Shown piece after piece: positions 24,144 through 37,306 of a DNA stretch of 64,000 bases. The notes below the pieces were generated by a model that saw only the letters and a program-made list of their open reading frames with translations, had not been told where the DNA came from and ran no database searches. The stretch covers positions 1 through 64,000 of the forward strand of contig CAUYUJ010000051.1 of NCBI GenBank assembly GCA_963575745.1, given 5' to 3'. Each line of letters starts with the position of its first letter. Positions within the stretch are counted from its first letter, which is position 1. Both the position numbers and the translations under genes were made by a program. This DNA is from Prorocentrum cordatum. Taxonomy: Eukaryota.

Positions 24144-24569
24144 GCGCGGCTGCGCCTCGCTCGAAGCCCGCGGGGTTGTCCCAACGGCTTGGTCTTGCGC
24201 GCCAACGGCTCGCGGGGTTGTCCCGACAGCCTGGCCCGCGGGGTTGTCCCAACGGCTGCGCGACGTGACCAGTAGAGAACGCGCCTGTGCTGGCCGTGGC
24301 GGCGACGGCGCCGAGGAACATCGACATGCGCGCTCATGCAACAGGAAGGGGAGGAGGTGGCGGGGCGCGGAACAAACAGGGGGGCGAGGATGGGGACAAC
24401 GTAAGGAGTGGAAGGGGGGCCCGCGCCAAGGAGAGAGGAAATATACGCAGAAGAGACAGCCAGGACGCCTCACCAACCACGAGGACGACGGTGATGGTTT
24501 TTTTCCAGATTCTCCCAGAGGATTCTTATGTGGGTTCTTCCGTCGGAGTAATTTTCTCTCGCAAAGGGC

Positions 24570-25200
24570 TGACCCTGCGACAGCGCAGAGGTCAGGTAGG
24601 ACGCATGCTTCAGGGTTTACCCCGAGCGGCGCACGACGTGTGGCCCCAAGCTTTGCCGCATGAGCGCTTGATCGCCTGGCCTGAACATGATCAAACTCTT
24701 CGCCCGCGCGTCGGCTTCGCTGGCGTCGCCATTCAGATCGCGAGAAGTACTTCGTAGTAGAAACGGGAGGTGCGGGCCCCGCGGGGAGGGGGCTCCCGCC
24801 CGAGACGTCGTCCAAATTCACTCACAGACGAGGCTCCCGCTTGAGACGTCTTTTAAACTGCCGCCAGTTACAGGCTCGCAAAATGGAACCCATTGGCGAC
24901 AGTTACACGTTTCGCATGACACGTTCGGATTGCCGGCGTCAAGTGTGGACCCCATGAGGATAAGGAGGGGGTTCCCGCCTGAAATTTCGTCCCGATTCGC
25001 TCATAGAAGAGGCTCCCGCCTGAGATTTCCTCGATATTCACGCCTGACGGGCCCAAGTGTGACAACAACGTGTCAGGTTTTGCATGACCAGTTCGGCTTG
25101 CCACCATGAAGTGTGGGCTCCATCAAGACGGGGTTCCCGCGTTAAAATTTTCACAGTTCGCTCAGAGACGAGGTTCCTGCCTGAAACGTCTCCAATCACA
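24570..25200 (-). mobile_element. Helicase fragment plus diverged 159-bp satellite, minus strand
   Basis: Minus-strand DARAKSLIMFRP...VVRRSG*TLKHASYLTSALSQG next to satellite-derived sequence. Confidence 0.7.
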
Positions 25201-28200
25201 CTTGAGAACATCGAATCCGTGGATTATTTGAAAATTTGTATTATGGATCTTGATATCGATTGTGATATCGAGAACGAGATCGATAGTGGAATCGATCGTG
25301 AGGACGATTGTGCAGTCGATCGTGAGACCGAAAGTGAAGTCGATTCAATGAGGTCGATAGTGAGATCGATCACGAGATTGCTCATGCGATTTCTAGTTAT
25401 ATATCTCGTGAGATCGATCGTGAGATCGATTGTGAGATCGATGGTGGGATCGATAGAGAAGTGGGTGATAAGATCGATGGTGAGACCGATCGGTAAGAAG
25501 ATCGACCACGAACCTAGGAACCCGGGAACCTCGCCGCCCTCCGAAATCGATCCGGAACCCAAAACCGGGAACCCGGGAACCCGGAACCGGGAACCCCGGA
25601 ACCCAGCGTGCGACCAACATTGGCGGGATCTGTTTCCCAAAATCCTCAAACTTTTGCGAGGACCCTATCAGCGCAAACTCTGATCGGGGAATATTCAAGC
25701 TTCAGGGGCTCACAGGTGACGACAGTTACAAGTTTGAGGATGACCTGTTCGGATTCGAGCATGAGGTGCGGGACCTATGAGCATGAGAGGGTGCGTGAGT
25801 GCGTGTGACATGATGATGTTGGTGATGTTGATGGTTGTGGTCATGGTGGGCTGGTGAGTGAGTGAGCACTGAGTGAGTGATGGGTGAATGTGAGTGAATG
25901 AGTACATGGGTATGGTGATTAGTAAATAGATGAGTGAGTGAGTGTGTGTGAGGGTGAGCAAAAGATCGAGTGAGTGATGCTGATGATGATGGTGATGATG
26001 ATGATGACGATGATGATGATCATGCTGATGATGCTGATGATGATGATGGTGGTGGTGATGATGCTGATGATGATTATGATGATGTTGATGATGTAGTTCC
26101 TCATTGTTTCTGCGCGGGGTTTCAGAGAAAACAATAACTCCACTTAGGATGTGGGGAAAGCAATTGAACAATCAGATTTCCGCCTCCCCGGGCCCTCTTG
26201 GAGGTTGTTTTGGAGCCATCCTGAAGTGTTTTGGGAGGTTCTTGGGCTCGGCCCGTCTTGGGGCCCCAGGGGGGGCGAGGTCGTACAGGGGTTCCACCAT
26301 CCCGTCGCGGATTTTGTTGTGACCATGCCGCGACCTTGCCGCGAACCAAAGACAAGTTCTTTTACCAGAGATTCTTGGAGACTGTTTCTGAGGATATGGC
26401 GATAACGCGGGCTATTGGACTCGCCTGCCCCTCCCCTCCCCTCCCTGGACAACCTGACCTGGTCGGTGGCGCAGGTCCGAGTGGGGTGAGCAGTAGTGGT
26501 GCGCTCGGGCATACGTGGGGCTGCCCAGAGCGATTCTCGGCCGGCACCTCCCTCTCCCCGGATCATTTGGGCTTTCGCATGAAAAAAGGTAGCATTGTCT
26601 CCAGCACGCCTTCTGGCCTCACTGGGCCGGTGCACTTCTGGCCCTCGTGGGGCGGGCGCCCACCTGGTCCGCGCGTGCCCTCGCGCGTCTCTCCGGCCCG
26701 AGCCCGGGGAGGTGTGCGCTCGGGCTGGTCCGTGGGCGTCCTGGGCCCTGCCGGGCTGGGCGTGCGTCAAGCAGTGGCGAAGCGTCCTGGGTTGCCTGTG
26801 GGCCCACCGAAGAATGTTCTAAGAACCTTTTGTGGTTTGCACGAAGTGTTCTTAGAGCATTTCGGGCTGGGGCTCTCTTGTTTTATCCCGTCGGGCTCCT
26901 GTTCCAAGAACACTGTTTCTGTTCTTGGAAGTTTTTTTTTTGGCTTTGAGAACATGTCGCGGTAGGACTAGAGGAATGCCGGGGCGGCCGGTCCCTGCTC
27001 CAAGCGCGGTGCGGGCGCAGGGCCGGCCTCCCAGATGGGGTCCGGGCAGATGGGGTCGGTGGGCTGGGCCGCATTGCCGACGCATCGGCGATGCGGCTCG
27101 GCGTGGGGCCCATCGTCTTTCCGCGCCGACGCGTCGCCGATGCATCGCCGACGTCGCCGACGCGTCGCCGATGCATCGGCGATGCGGCTCGATGCGGGGC
27201 CCGCGTTTTTCCACGCCGACGTCGCCGATGCATCGCCCACCCCATCTGCTCGGATCCTATTTGTGAGGCTTGCAGGGTCGGCCCTCACCGCCAGAGTGCA
27301 CAGCCGAGGCGCCGAAGTGACGACCACGTCGTGCGCTCAGGAGGGGCTCCAGCTTTCGGGCCGTTCCCTACATCTAGGTCGTTGGCATCTTCGTGGTCGA
27401 GGCTCGCAGTGATCGGAAAGCCCCCTCGTTCCTGATCCTTCGTCCCTCACTGCAGCACGGGATGTCGCTTCGTCCTTTGTCGTCCCTTGTTCGTGGACGT
27501 GGAGCACATTGATGTCCGCGTCCTCCCCTCCTCCTCCTCCTCCTCCTCCTCCTCCTCCTCCTCCTCCTCCTCCTTGTCCTCCTCCTCCTCCTCCCAACCC
27601 CTTCCTCCCAACACGACAACTCTTCTCCTCAAGGGACCCGGCCTCGTCGGCCGCGGCCGCGTGGATATTGGGCGGCCCCGCGCGGAGCTGGACGGTGGCA
27701 TCGCGAAGCCATGGGACTCCGCCGCGGTGGCCAGTCCGCGATGGCAGGCGTAAGGTCACTCTCCGTCGCTCGTGGGAAACAATTAGTGAACACCCCCCCT
27801 GCCTCCCAAACTCAAGGTTGGCATGCGCGGGGGAGACTGCGGTCGAGGTGCAACTCATCAGACCACCGCCAACTTTGAACATTGGGGGGAGGGGGAGGCG
27901 TTCACAGATGAATGTGGCATGAGTGTTCGCTATTTTTTTCCGAGGCCTGTCGGAGTCGTGCTTGGGGAGCTCGAGGACCTCACGCGGAGTGGTGGGCGTG
28001 AAGATCTGCCCGTCCCCGAGGGTGGGAACGTGTATTCATATCCACCAGTTACGTCGGGCATGTCCCCCTACACGAGGAGTCTTCAGAAACGGCGACAAAA
28101 TAGTCAGGGGGACGTTTTTTCGACTCTTCGTGATTATTTTTGATTACCTTTTTTCTGTATCTTTTATGCTTCGTCCGAACGCCGCCTTTAGGAGGCCATG

Positions 28201-29609
28201 CCCGACCGAATCCACCAGACCGCCAGTTCCCGGGGATGAGTTCTTTTCAGGGCTCCCAGGGCGGACGAGAACGGGGGCTGAGCCCGCGGGGGGCGGGAGG
28301 GAGCGCGAGCTCTGCCCCGTGCAGCTGCTTCGCGCTCCGCCGCCAGGCCCTGGCGTGGGGTTGCCTCCCGTGCCCTGGGAGGCGCTAGGAGAGCCCTCCA
28401 TCCGCACGCAGCTGCTTTGTATCGAGGCCCTCCTTCGGGCGATCGCAAACATGGATCAAGGGGGGCGTGGACTGGCGACGGGTCCCGTTTCCCTGGGAGC
28501 TCGCGGATTCCCGCCGCCGAGCGAGGCGGCGCCAGCCGCGTTTTTTGGGGAGGGCGCCTCCCCCGATCCATGGGACTGGGCGATCGCGCGCTAAATCCAT
28601 GGATCGCCAATCCACGTTTGTGCGCCCCCGAATTCTGATCGAGGCCCTCGTGTGCCATCCTCCGCGGGCGTCTTGTGTGCACCGCAGCTCCAGGCCTCCT
28701 CCTACTAGATGGGGTCCGGGCAGGTGTGGTCGGAGGATCGCGCCGCATCGCCGATGCGTCGCCGATGCGGCTCGATGTGGAGACTGATTTTCTCCACGCC
28801 GACGTCGCCGATGCATCGGCGATGCGGCGAGATCCTCCGACCCCATCCACTCGGACCCCACCGAGGAGGCCTCTCTAGTAGCGCGCTGGCGTCTCCCGAG
28901 AGGCGCCGTCGAGCCCTCGAGACCCAGGAAAGGGGGGGGCCATGCAAGGCTTCTCGGCCCTTTGAGGCCGAGGAGCTGTGCACCCTGAGGAGGAGGAGGA
29001 GGAGGAGGAGGAGGAGGGAGAGGAGGAGGAGGAGGAGGAGGAGGAGGAGGAGGAGGAGGAGGAGGAGGAGGAGGAGGAGGAGGAGGCGGATGCAGAGGAG
29101 GAGGAGGAGGAGGAGGAGGAGGAGGAGGAGGAGGAGGAGGAGGAGGAGGAGGAGGAGGAGGAAGAGGAGGAGGGGGAGGAGTGGGGAGCGGGGCCCGAAG
29201 GGGTCCCAAACACGGTGTCGTACAGGCATTGTTTTCTCGTTGCTTGTTTTGCCGATCGGCGCGGGCCCTCGCACCCACCCCCCCTGGAGTGGATCTTGGT
29301 CGGGGTTCAGGCATCTATGTCCAGACCTGTCCATGTGATTGTTTTCTTATTCATTGTTTTGCAGATCGGCGCGGGCCCTTGCCCCCCTCTCCCCATGGAG
29401 TAGATCTGTGCTGTTTTGGCGCGCCTGATTCGCGCAGGCGGAGTTCCTCCCCCACAGAACGCACTGTTGCAAAAAGTGGCACGAAGTAGTGGTCTGGAGC
29501 TAGACCCCCCCTTTCCACCCCCCTTCGCCCAATGGCGAAACGCCGAATAAGAAAACGTTCACATATCCCTCCACTTCGTCCGCCCCGAGTGTCGCATCTC
29601 ACCCCGCAG

Positions 29610-29648
29610 GACGAGAAGAAGGCCAACCGCATCTCGGAGATCGAGAAG
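29610..29648 (+). CDS. Coiled-coil protein exon 9 (DEKKANRISEIEK)
   Basis: cAG acceptor, GA donor at 29649, in frame. Confidence 0.8.
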
Positions 29649-30134
29649 GAGCGGGCCGGAGGGCGCCGACTGCGTACGCTTAGAACGTCCACGGTTCGCT
29701 AAGGACTGGTTCGCTTTCCACGAAGCCCAGACCCTCCCGAAACCATCCGAAAGCCCTCCGCGAAGGGTTCCGGGAGGCTTTTCGGAGGGTTCCAGTAGGG
29801 TTTTGGAAGGGTTCTGGTCGTTCTCGGGGGGAACCAGTAGCGTACCCTGGGCTGTCTGAGCGTACACGCCACCGGCCCTAGTGGCCCGGGCCGGCCAGGC
29901 CGATCTTGGGCAAAAGGGCTGGTGCGGACCCAAGGCAGGAGGACCAGGTACCAATATAAAACCACGCGAAGATCTGGACAAAATCGGATCGGGATAACTC
30001 GAAATCTCTGAGAATCGGCGGGTTTGGAGGATGTAATGGGCGCCGCGGCCGCTCCAGAGCGTTCCGGAACGCTCTGAGAGCGCTCCAGAACGCTCTGGAG
30101 CGATTTATCCCGATCCTAGCCCTGTTTTACAATA

Positions 30135-30252
30135 TCGGGCCGGGCGAAAGGGGGGGCTTGGGAAAGGGGGGGTTACGAAATTTGCTGCTGCAGCTGCGTG
30201 AGCTGATTCTCACCCCCCCCCCTTTGCTATCCCCCCCTTTCGCCCGACCCGA
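30135..30252. mobile_element. MITE with 5-bp TSD (CAATA)
   Basis: TIRs TCGGGCCGGGCGAAAGGGGGGG / CCCCCCCTTTCGCCCGACCCGA, CAATA on both sides. Confidence 0.8.
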
Positions 30253-31424
30253 CAATACCGCGGCCCTTCCCTCGTTTTCGCCGGTGTTACACCCTGGGAG
30301 GCCCTCGTCGCAGCGGCTGGAGGCGCCCCGACATCCCAGTCAGAACGCAAACCCGGGAGAGGTGGTCCAAGGACAGGAGGGCGTGCATCGAAGAGCAATA
30401 CAGTGGAGGCCCTGCCAAGAGACACCCTGCTCGCCTCCAGGGTGCCCTGGGCTGCTTGGGTCTGATGGTAATTCGATGGACGTCCTGGGGTCTCAGGGTT
30501 GGGCTTCGTGTGGAAGGTTTCTTGTGGTCGGACCCTTTTGTAAACGGCGTGAGCATGGTTTCTCAAAGTTCCGCGCGGATGTCTCCTGACGGCGCTGGGC
30601 CTCCCCTGCCCGCTCCGCCCGCCAGGTAGGGGGGGGCAAAGCGCCGATCCAGGAAGTCCGCGCGGAACTTCGAGGACTTCTGCCTGTGCCGTTTTGTTGC
30701 CCCCCTGGTCATCGAGAGCAAAAGAAGCCTAAACCTAGTTATATGACGAAGACGTGGCCTCACTGAGGTCCCCGTCTTGGCATCAGGGATCATCGACCTG
30801 GGCGGTTTGTTTCGATATATCTGCAGCATTGAGCCCCGACCCCTAGTATTTCTGGCCCGCCCAACTTAGGTCCCCTCTCAAAGGGTTCGGTTTGTTTTGG
30901 GGGGTTAACCACCTGGTGCGCACCGAGGCTGGGCTCAGGATGCCCAGCTGGGGTCAGCGCGCCTGCATACTGTCGGAGTCCCCGAGTCGGGGCCTCGCTC
31001 GTGGCCAGCACCTGGCAACCCCAGGTCTCCGATGCCGTGGTCTCTCTCGATGCGTGGGCCCCGCAGATCTCGGCCCCCTCCTCCTCCTCCTCCTCCTCCT
31101 CCTCCTCCTCCTCCTCCTCCAATCTCCAAACCCCAACCCCCAATGACAGCCCCCAATCGTGGGATCTGGCCTCCCTGTGTGGGCACGCCTGCACATGCGC
31201 TCCCGGGACAAGCCCACCGCCGAGCCAAAGGGGGGGAGGGGATGCGTGTTTTTTCCGCTCGTGAACTGCATCGTTGATGGGGCCCAGAGGCGAAACAAAG
31301 ACGGCGTGTTTTTGAGATTTCAGGACACTGGAGGTTTGGGTCCTCATCCTCGGCCGCCCCCTCCCTCCCTTCTGCTCTGGGTCCCGTCGGCTCTCGCGCA
31401 CCGAGTTGGAAGGCGAATCTGCGG

Positions 31425-31471
31425 ATGATGATGATAATGGTGGTGGTGGTGATGACGACGATGATGATGAC

Positions 31472-31514
<43 letters not shown>

Positions 31515-32285
31515 GTGATGGTGATGATGATGATGGTGGTGGTGGTGATGACGGCGATGATGATGACGATGATGATGATGCTGATGAGGATGATGATGAT
31601 GGTGGTGGTGATGATAATAATGACGATGACGATGATGCTGATGAGGATGATGATGATGGTGGTGGTGATGATAATAATGACGATGACGATGATAATGGTG
31701 ATGATGCTGATGATGATGCTGATGATGGATATGATGATGATGATGATGATGATGATGCTGATGCTGATGCTGATTATGATGAGGATGATTGAAATGGTGA
31801 TGATGCTGCTGATGATGATTAGGATGGCGATGCTTATGATTTCGATGGTTATGATGATGGTGATGATTAGTATGGTGATGGTGATGATGTTGATGCTGGT
31901 GCTGATGTTGATGCTGATGATGATGTTGATTGTTGGTCATGATGATGATGCTGATGATGATGTTGATGCTGATTCTGATGACGGTGGTGCTGGTTGCGGT
32001 GGTGATGATACTGCAGCTGCTGTTGCCGATGCTCATGGTGATGGTCATGGAGACGATGCTGATTGATGCTGATGGTGGTAGTGATGCTGATTGTAGTGCT
32101 AAGGATGCTGATGTTGATAGTGATGTTGGATTCGGTGGGTGTGATGACGATGGCGATGATAATAATGATGCTGATGATGCTGACGATGCTGATGATGATG
32201 CTGATGATGATGAGGAGGATGCTGATGCTCATGCTGATGCTGCTGCTGATGATGAGGATGATGCTGCTGCTGGTGATGATGATGA

Positions 32286-32317
<32 letters not shown>

Positions 32318-32369
32318 ATGATGGCGAGCAGGAGGAGGATGAGCAGGGTGACGACGACGACACGACGAC

Positions 32370-32401
<32 letters not shown>

Positions 32402-32411
32402 TGACGATGAC

Positions 32412-32472
<61 letters not shown>

Positions 32473-32498
32473 CTGATGATGATGATGATGATGATGAT

Positions 32499-32538
<40 letters not shown>

Positions 32539-32612
32539 GATGATGATGATGATGATGAGATGATGATGATGCTGATGATGATGATGTGATGATTATGCTG
32601 CTGCTGATGATG

Positions 32613-32647
<35 letters not shown>

Positions 32648-34110
32648 CTGATGATGATGATGATGCTGCTGCTGCTTCTGATGATGAGGAAGAGGAGTAC
32701 GAGGATGAGGAGGAAGAGGAGGAGGAGGAGGAGGAGGAGGAGAGGAGGAGGAGGAGGAGGAGGAGGAGGAGGGCGACGACGAGGAGGACGACGGGGACGA
32801 AAACGAACGGAGAAGATGCGGGAGGAGGAGGAGGAGGAGGAGGAGGAGGAGGAGGAGGAGGAGGAGAGGAGGAGGAGGCGGAGGAGGCGGAGGAGGAGGA
32901 GGAGGAGGGAGGAGGAGGAGGAGGAGGAGGAGGCGGAGGAGGAGGCGGAGGCGGAGGCGGAGGCGGAGCGGAGGCGGGAGGCGGAGAGGAGGAGGCGGAG
33001 GAGGAGGAGGAGGGAGGAGGAGGAGGAGGAGGAGGAGGAGGAGGAGGAGGAGGAGGAGGAGGAGGAGGAGGAGGAGGAGGAGGAGGAGGAGGAGGCGGAG
33101 GAGGAGGAGGAGGAGGCGAGGAGGAGGAGGAGGAGGAGGAGGAGGAGGAGGAGGAGGAGGAGGAGGAGGAGGCGGGCGGCGGCGGCGGAGGCGGCGGCGG
33201 CGGCGGCGCGGCGGCGGAGGCGGAGGAGGAGGAGGAGGAAGGAGGAGGAGGAGGAGGAGGAGGAGGAGGGAGGAGGAGGAGGAGGAGGAGGAGGAGGAGG
33301 AGGAGGAGGAGGATGAGGATGAGGATGAGGAGGAGGAGGAGGAGGAGGAGGAGGAGGAGGAGGAGGAGGAGGAGGAGGAGGAGGAAGAAGAAGAAGAAGA
33401 AGAAGAAGAAGACGAATAATAATAATAATAATAATAATAAGAATAATAAGAATAATAAGAATAATAATAATAAGAATAATAAGAAGAAGAATAAGAAGAA
33501 TAATAATAAGAAGAAGAAGACGAAGACGAAGAAGAAGAAGACGAATAATAAGAAGAAGACGACGAAGAATACGAAGACGAAGAAGACGAAGAATAATACG
33601 AACAATAATAAGAAGAATAAGAAGAAGAAGAAGAAGAAGAAGAAGACGAAGACGAATAAGACGAAGAAGACGAAGAAGACGAAGAAGACGAAGAAGACGA
33701 AGAAGACGAATAATAATAATAAGAAGAATAAGCAGAATAAGCAGAAGAAGCAGAAGAAGCAGAAGAAGCATAAGAAGAATAATAAGAAGCATAATAATAA
33801 TAAGAATATGAAGAATAATACGAAGAATAATAAGAATAATAATAATAATAAGAAGAATAATAAGAATAAGAAAAAGAAGAAGAAGAAGAAGAATAATAAT
33901 AAGAATAATAATAATAAGAATAATAATAAGAAGAATAATAATAAGAAGAAGAAGAATACGAATAATAATAAGAATAAGAATAATAATAAGAAGACGAATA
34001 AGAAGAATACTAAGAATAATAATAATAAGAAGAAGAAGAAGAATAATAATAATAATAAGAAGAAGAAGAAGAAGAAGAAGAGGAGGAGGAGGAGGAGGAG
34101 GAGGAGGAGC
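31425..34110. repeat. 2.7-kb compound microsatellite: (GAT)n, then (GAG/GCG)n, then (AAG/AAT/ACG)n
   Basis: Direct inspection. Confidence 0.95.
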
Positions 34111-34511
34111 CGGACGATGACGCCGACTTTGAGTGAGACCCCGAATTGAGACCTTGGATCGAGAGAGGGAGGGGCCTGCTGGCTATTCCTGCGAGCGGCG
34201 TCGGTTGAGGGTCTGCTCTGTTGTGCCGCGCGACGGGAGATCCAGGGGCGCCCGCTTCGGCGAGGGCAAGAGGCGTGATAAGGCAGGCTGCCAGGCACGG
34301 CAAGCTCAGCCAAAGAGCCTTTTTCTCTCTTGGTTTGGAGCGCATGCCTGTATCAGGTTTCTACTCTTGGGAGGTTGGATTCAGCGTCGGCGCTGATGGG
34401 TCCTCTAGTCGAATCCAGCCTGCGCGGGCTCGATCCAGCGTGCCCCCGCTTCATCCGGCTTGATCCTGGGCCCAATCTGGCCTGGACCTGCTTCCGTGTC
34501 GCCTTAGCCTG

Positions 34512-34707
34512 TCGGGCCGAACGAAAGGGGGGGATAGGGAAAGGGGGGATTACGAAATCTGCTGCATGCAGCTGGATTCGGCCCCGCCGCCGGGCCCATT
34601 CCTCGATACATGGCCGCCTCCCAGCGCCGGGAGGCGCCAGGAAAATCAGCTACGTGAGCTGATTCTCAAACCCCCCCTTTGCTATCCCCCCCTTTCGCCC
34701 TGCTCGA
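34512..34707. mobile_element. Second copy of the 5-bp-TSD MITE (GCCTG)
   Basis: Same TIR family, GCCTG at 34507-34511 and 34708-34712. Confidence 0.78.
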
Positions 34708-37274
34708 GCCTGGCTTTTTTGGTGCCTGATCGCTCCTCCCGATGATCCAGCCCTTCCAGACAGGGCCCGAACAGATGGGGTCGGAGGACAGCGCCGGATC
34801 GCCGATACATCGGCGATGCGGCTCAATGTGGAGCCGGATTTTCTCCACTCCCACGGCGCCGGTGCGTTGCCGACGTCGCAGATGCATCGCCGAAGCATCG
34901 CCGACGCATCGGCGATGCATTGGAGATGCGGCGCGATCCTCCGACCCCATCTTCTCGGACCCCATTTAAAAGGCTTCAAAAAGACTTTCCAGATAGTTGC
35001 CTCCCTTTGTGGCTCTTGCAAACGATCGGACAGTTTTCTCCGTTTTCGTGGTGCGTTTTTCCAGTTTCGACGCATTTTTTTTCAGGCTCCGCCGCCGTTT
35101 GTTCTCCACCTTCGGCTCTGGCTTCAATCTGGGAGTCGTTTATCTATTTGTTTTATTATCTTACATTTGTGGAAAAAAAAAAACCGTTTGAGTTGTCAAG
35201 ATCCAGGGTGTTGGGAAACAGTGGCAAAAACTGACGTTTCCAACAACCAGCAAGTCTGCCTCGCCTCGGGCGCCCCAGGTCCGCCCCGCAGGGAGCAGCC
35301 GGGCGCGGTCTCGTTCCCGATCTCGGGCCTGCACCGATCGGGCGGGGGCCCGGGGATAGGGTAAGTCACTTCGCTCAGGGGCGCTCGCAAAGCGTGCCCC
35401 CCAGAGAAGTCGCCTCGCTCAGGGGCGCTCGCAAAGCGTGCCGAGTCGCTGTGGAACGGCCGCGGCGCCCGATGCATCTTCCAGGACCGCGAGATTTCGG
35501 AGATCTCGGATTCGTCTTGGCGCCAACTGCGCAGAGCGGATTTTGGTCCGAACAATGAGAAAGTGTGAATCTCAGTATGTTTTTTTTTGTGTGTGTGTGT
35601 GTGTGTGTGATGTTTGGGTGGACGCTTTAGTAGGGAAACGAGACTTCAACTAGGCCACAACAAAGATCTCTGCGTTCCTCGCTCGCCGTTTTGGGGTGGC
35701 TCCTCTCCAACATCCGCGTGTTTTTGTCACAGTGGGTGCGCCTTCGCCCTGGCCCGGCTGCTGCCACGGTCACCGCTGCCACGGCCGGCCGCTCCGGCCC
35801 GCGGCCCTCCTCTCCGGCGGCCCTCTGCTCCTGCGGCGAGAGCGCCGCCGGCCACCCCCCCCCTCGCCCCGTCCGCTGCCGCTGCCCCGTGCTGCTGCTG
35901 CGGCTGCTGCTGCTTCTGCTCCTCGGCCTCATCCCTCCAGCCTTCAGTCGGGCATGTCCCTCCACAGGAGGAGCATTCCAAAATAGTAGAACAATAGTCT
36001 GGGGACTAGTTTTGGACTATTTGTGAGTATTTCGGGGTATTATTAGAATGTGTTTCATCTTTCCTTCACAATCCGCCTGAAGGAGGACATGCCCGACCGA
36101 ACTCTAGCCTCTTCTCCTGTGGTGCGCTCCGCCTGCTGTTGTCTCCGTTCGCGCCGCATCAGCTGCATCCTCGTCCTCCTCCTCCTCCTGCTCATCCCCG
36201 ATTTCCTCCACACACTGTCCTCGTCCTCCTCGCCCCCTCCTCGTCCCCGCCCTCGTCGCCCTCCTGCTGCTCCGACCAGCCCTGGGCGAGGCTTCCCCGG
36301 GAATCCGCTGCCCCGACTTCTCCCAGGCGCGGTCCCCTGGGGCAGCCCCGACCCCTTCCCCGGGGCCGCCTTCGAATACCCGAGCTGCCTTTTTGACGGC
36401 CCGGTGGCCCGGCGAGGGCCCCCGGAGGCCGAACGCGGCCGTGAATCGAAGAAGAAAGCGCGCCGCGAGCATATAAACTTTTGGCGCTCCGCGCGGATTT
36501 CTTGGACTCGCTCTGGGCGCCCCCCTGCGGCGCCTCCGGCGCCGCCCCTGGCGCGCTCCGCGCGCCGGGGAGGGAGGTCCAGCGCACATCTAAGACATCC
36601 GCGCGGAGAGCCAGAGTTCTGTCTCTTTTTGCACGAGTGAAACATGAATGTTTCCAGTCGCAAAATTTATGTAAAAAGGAGTTCTTGTTTCTATCGATGA
36701 ACCTCGCGCCGTGGTTCTTTCCACGAGGCGAGCGCGCTTGGGCCTGTCTCCCCAGGGGCGGCCGCGCTCGGCGGCGCCCCCCGCGCCTCCGAGGCGCCCC
36801 CCCCGCGCGCGCGCCCGGTCAGAGAGAGCGGAACTTCTGTCGGGCGTGTCCTCTTGCAGGAGGAATTTTCAGAAAGAGTAAAAGTCGTCTGGGGGCCATT
36901 TTTCGATTTGCTTGGACCACTTTTGAGATTTTTTGTTGCATGGTTATTTTTGCGGATTTTTAAGAAAGAGTAAACATCGTCTGGGGACAACTTTTCGGCT
37001 GGCTTGGATCATTTTTGATTTTTGTTTGACTATTTTCCAAATCCGCCTGCAGGGGGACGCGCCTGGTCAGAGAGAGCGAAACTTAGGTCGGGCGTGTCCT
37101 CCTACAGGCGGATTTTGCACGAAAGCCCTCAAACATAATCAACAAATGCACCAAACATGCTCAAAAATAATCGACAAATCGTCCCCAGAACATTTTTTGA
37201 CTATTTTCCAATCGTCCCCCTGTTGGGGGACATGACCGACCTCGTGCAAAAAACCCCACGGCCGGCCCCGGCAG

Positions 37275-37306
37275 CTCACGACCAGCATCGACCAGATGTC
37301 GGCGAG
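37275..37306 (+). CDS. Coiled-coil protein exon 10 (LTTSIDQMSA-R)
   Basis: cAG acceptor, GC donor at 37307 in phase 2, matching exon 11. Confidence 0.8.
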
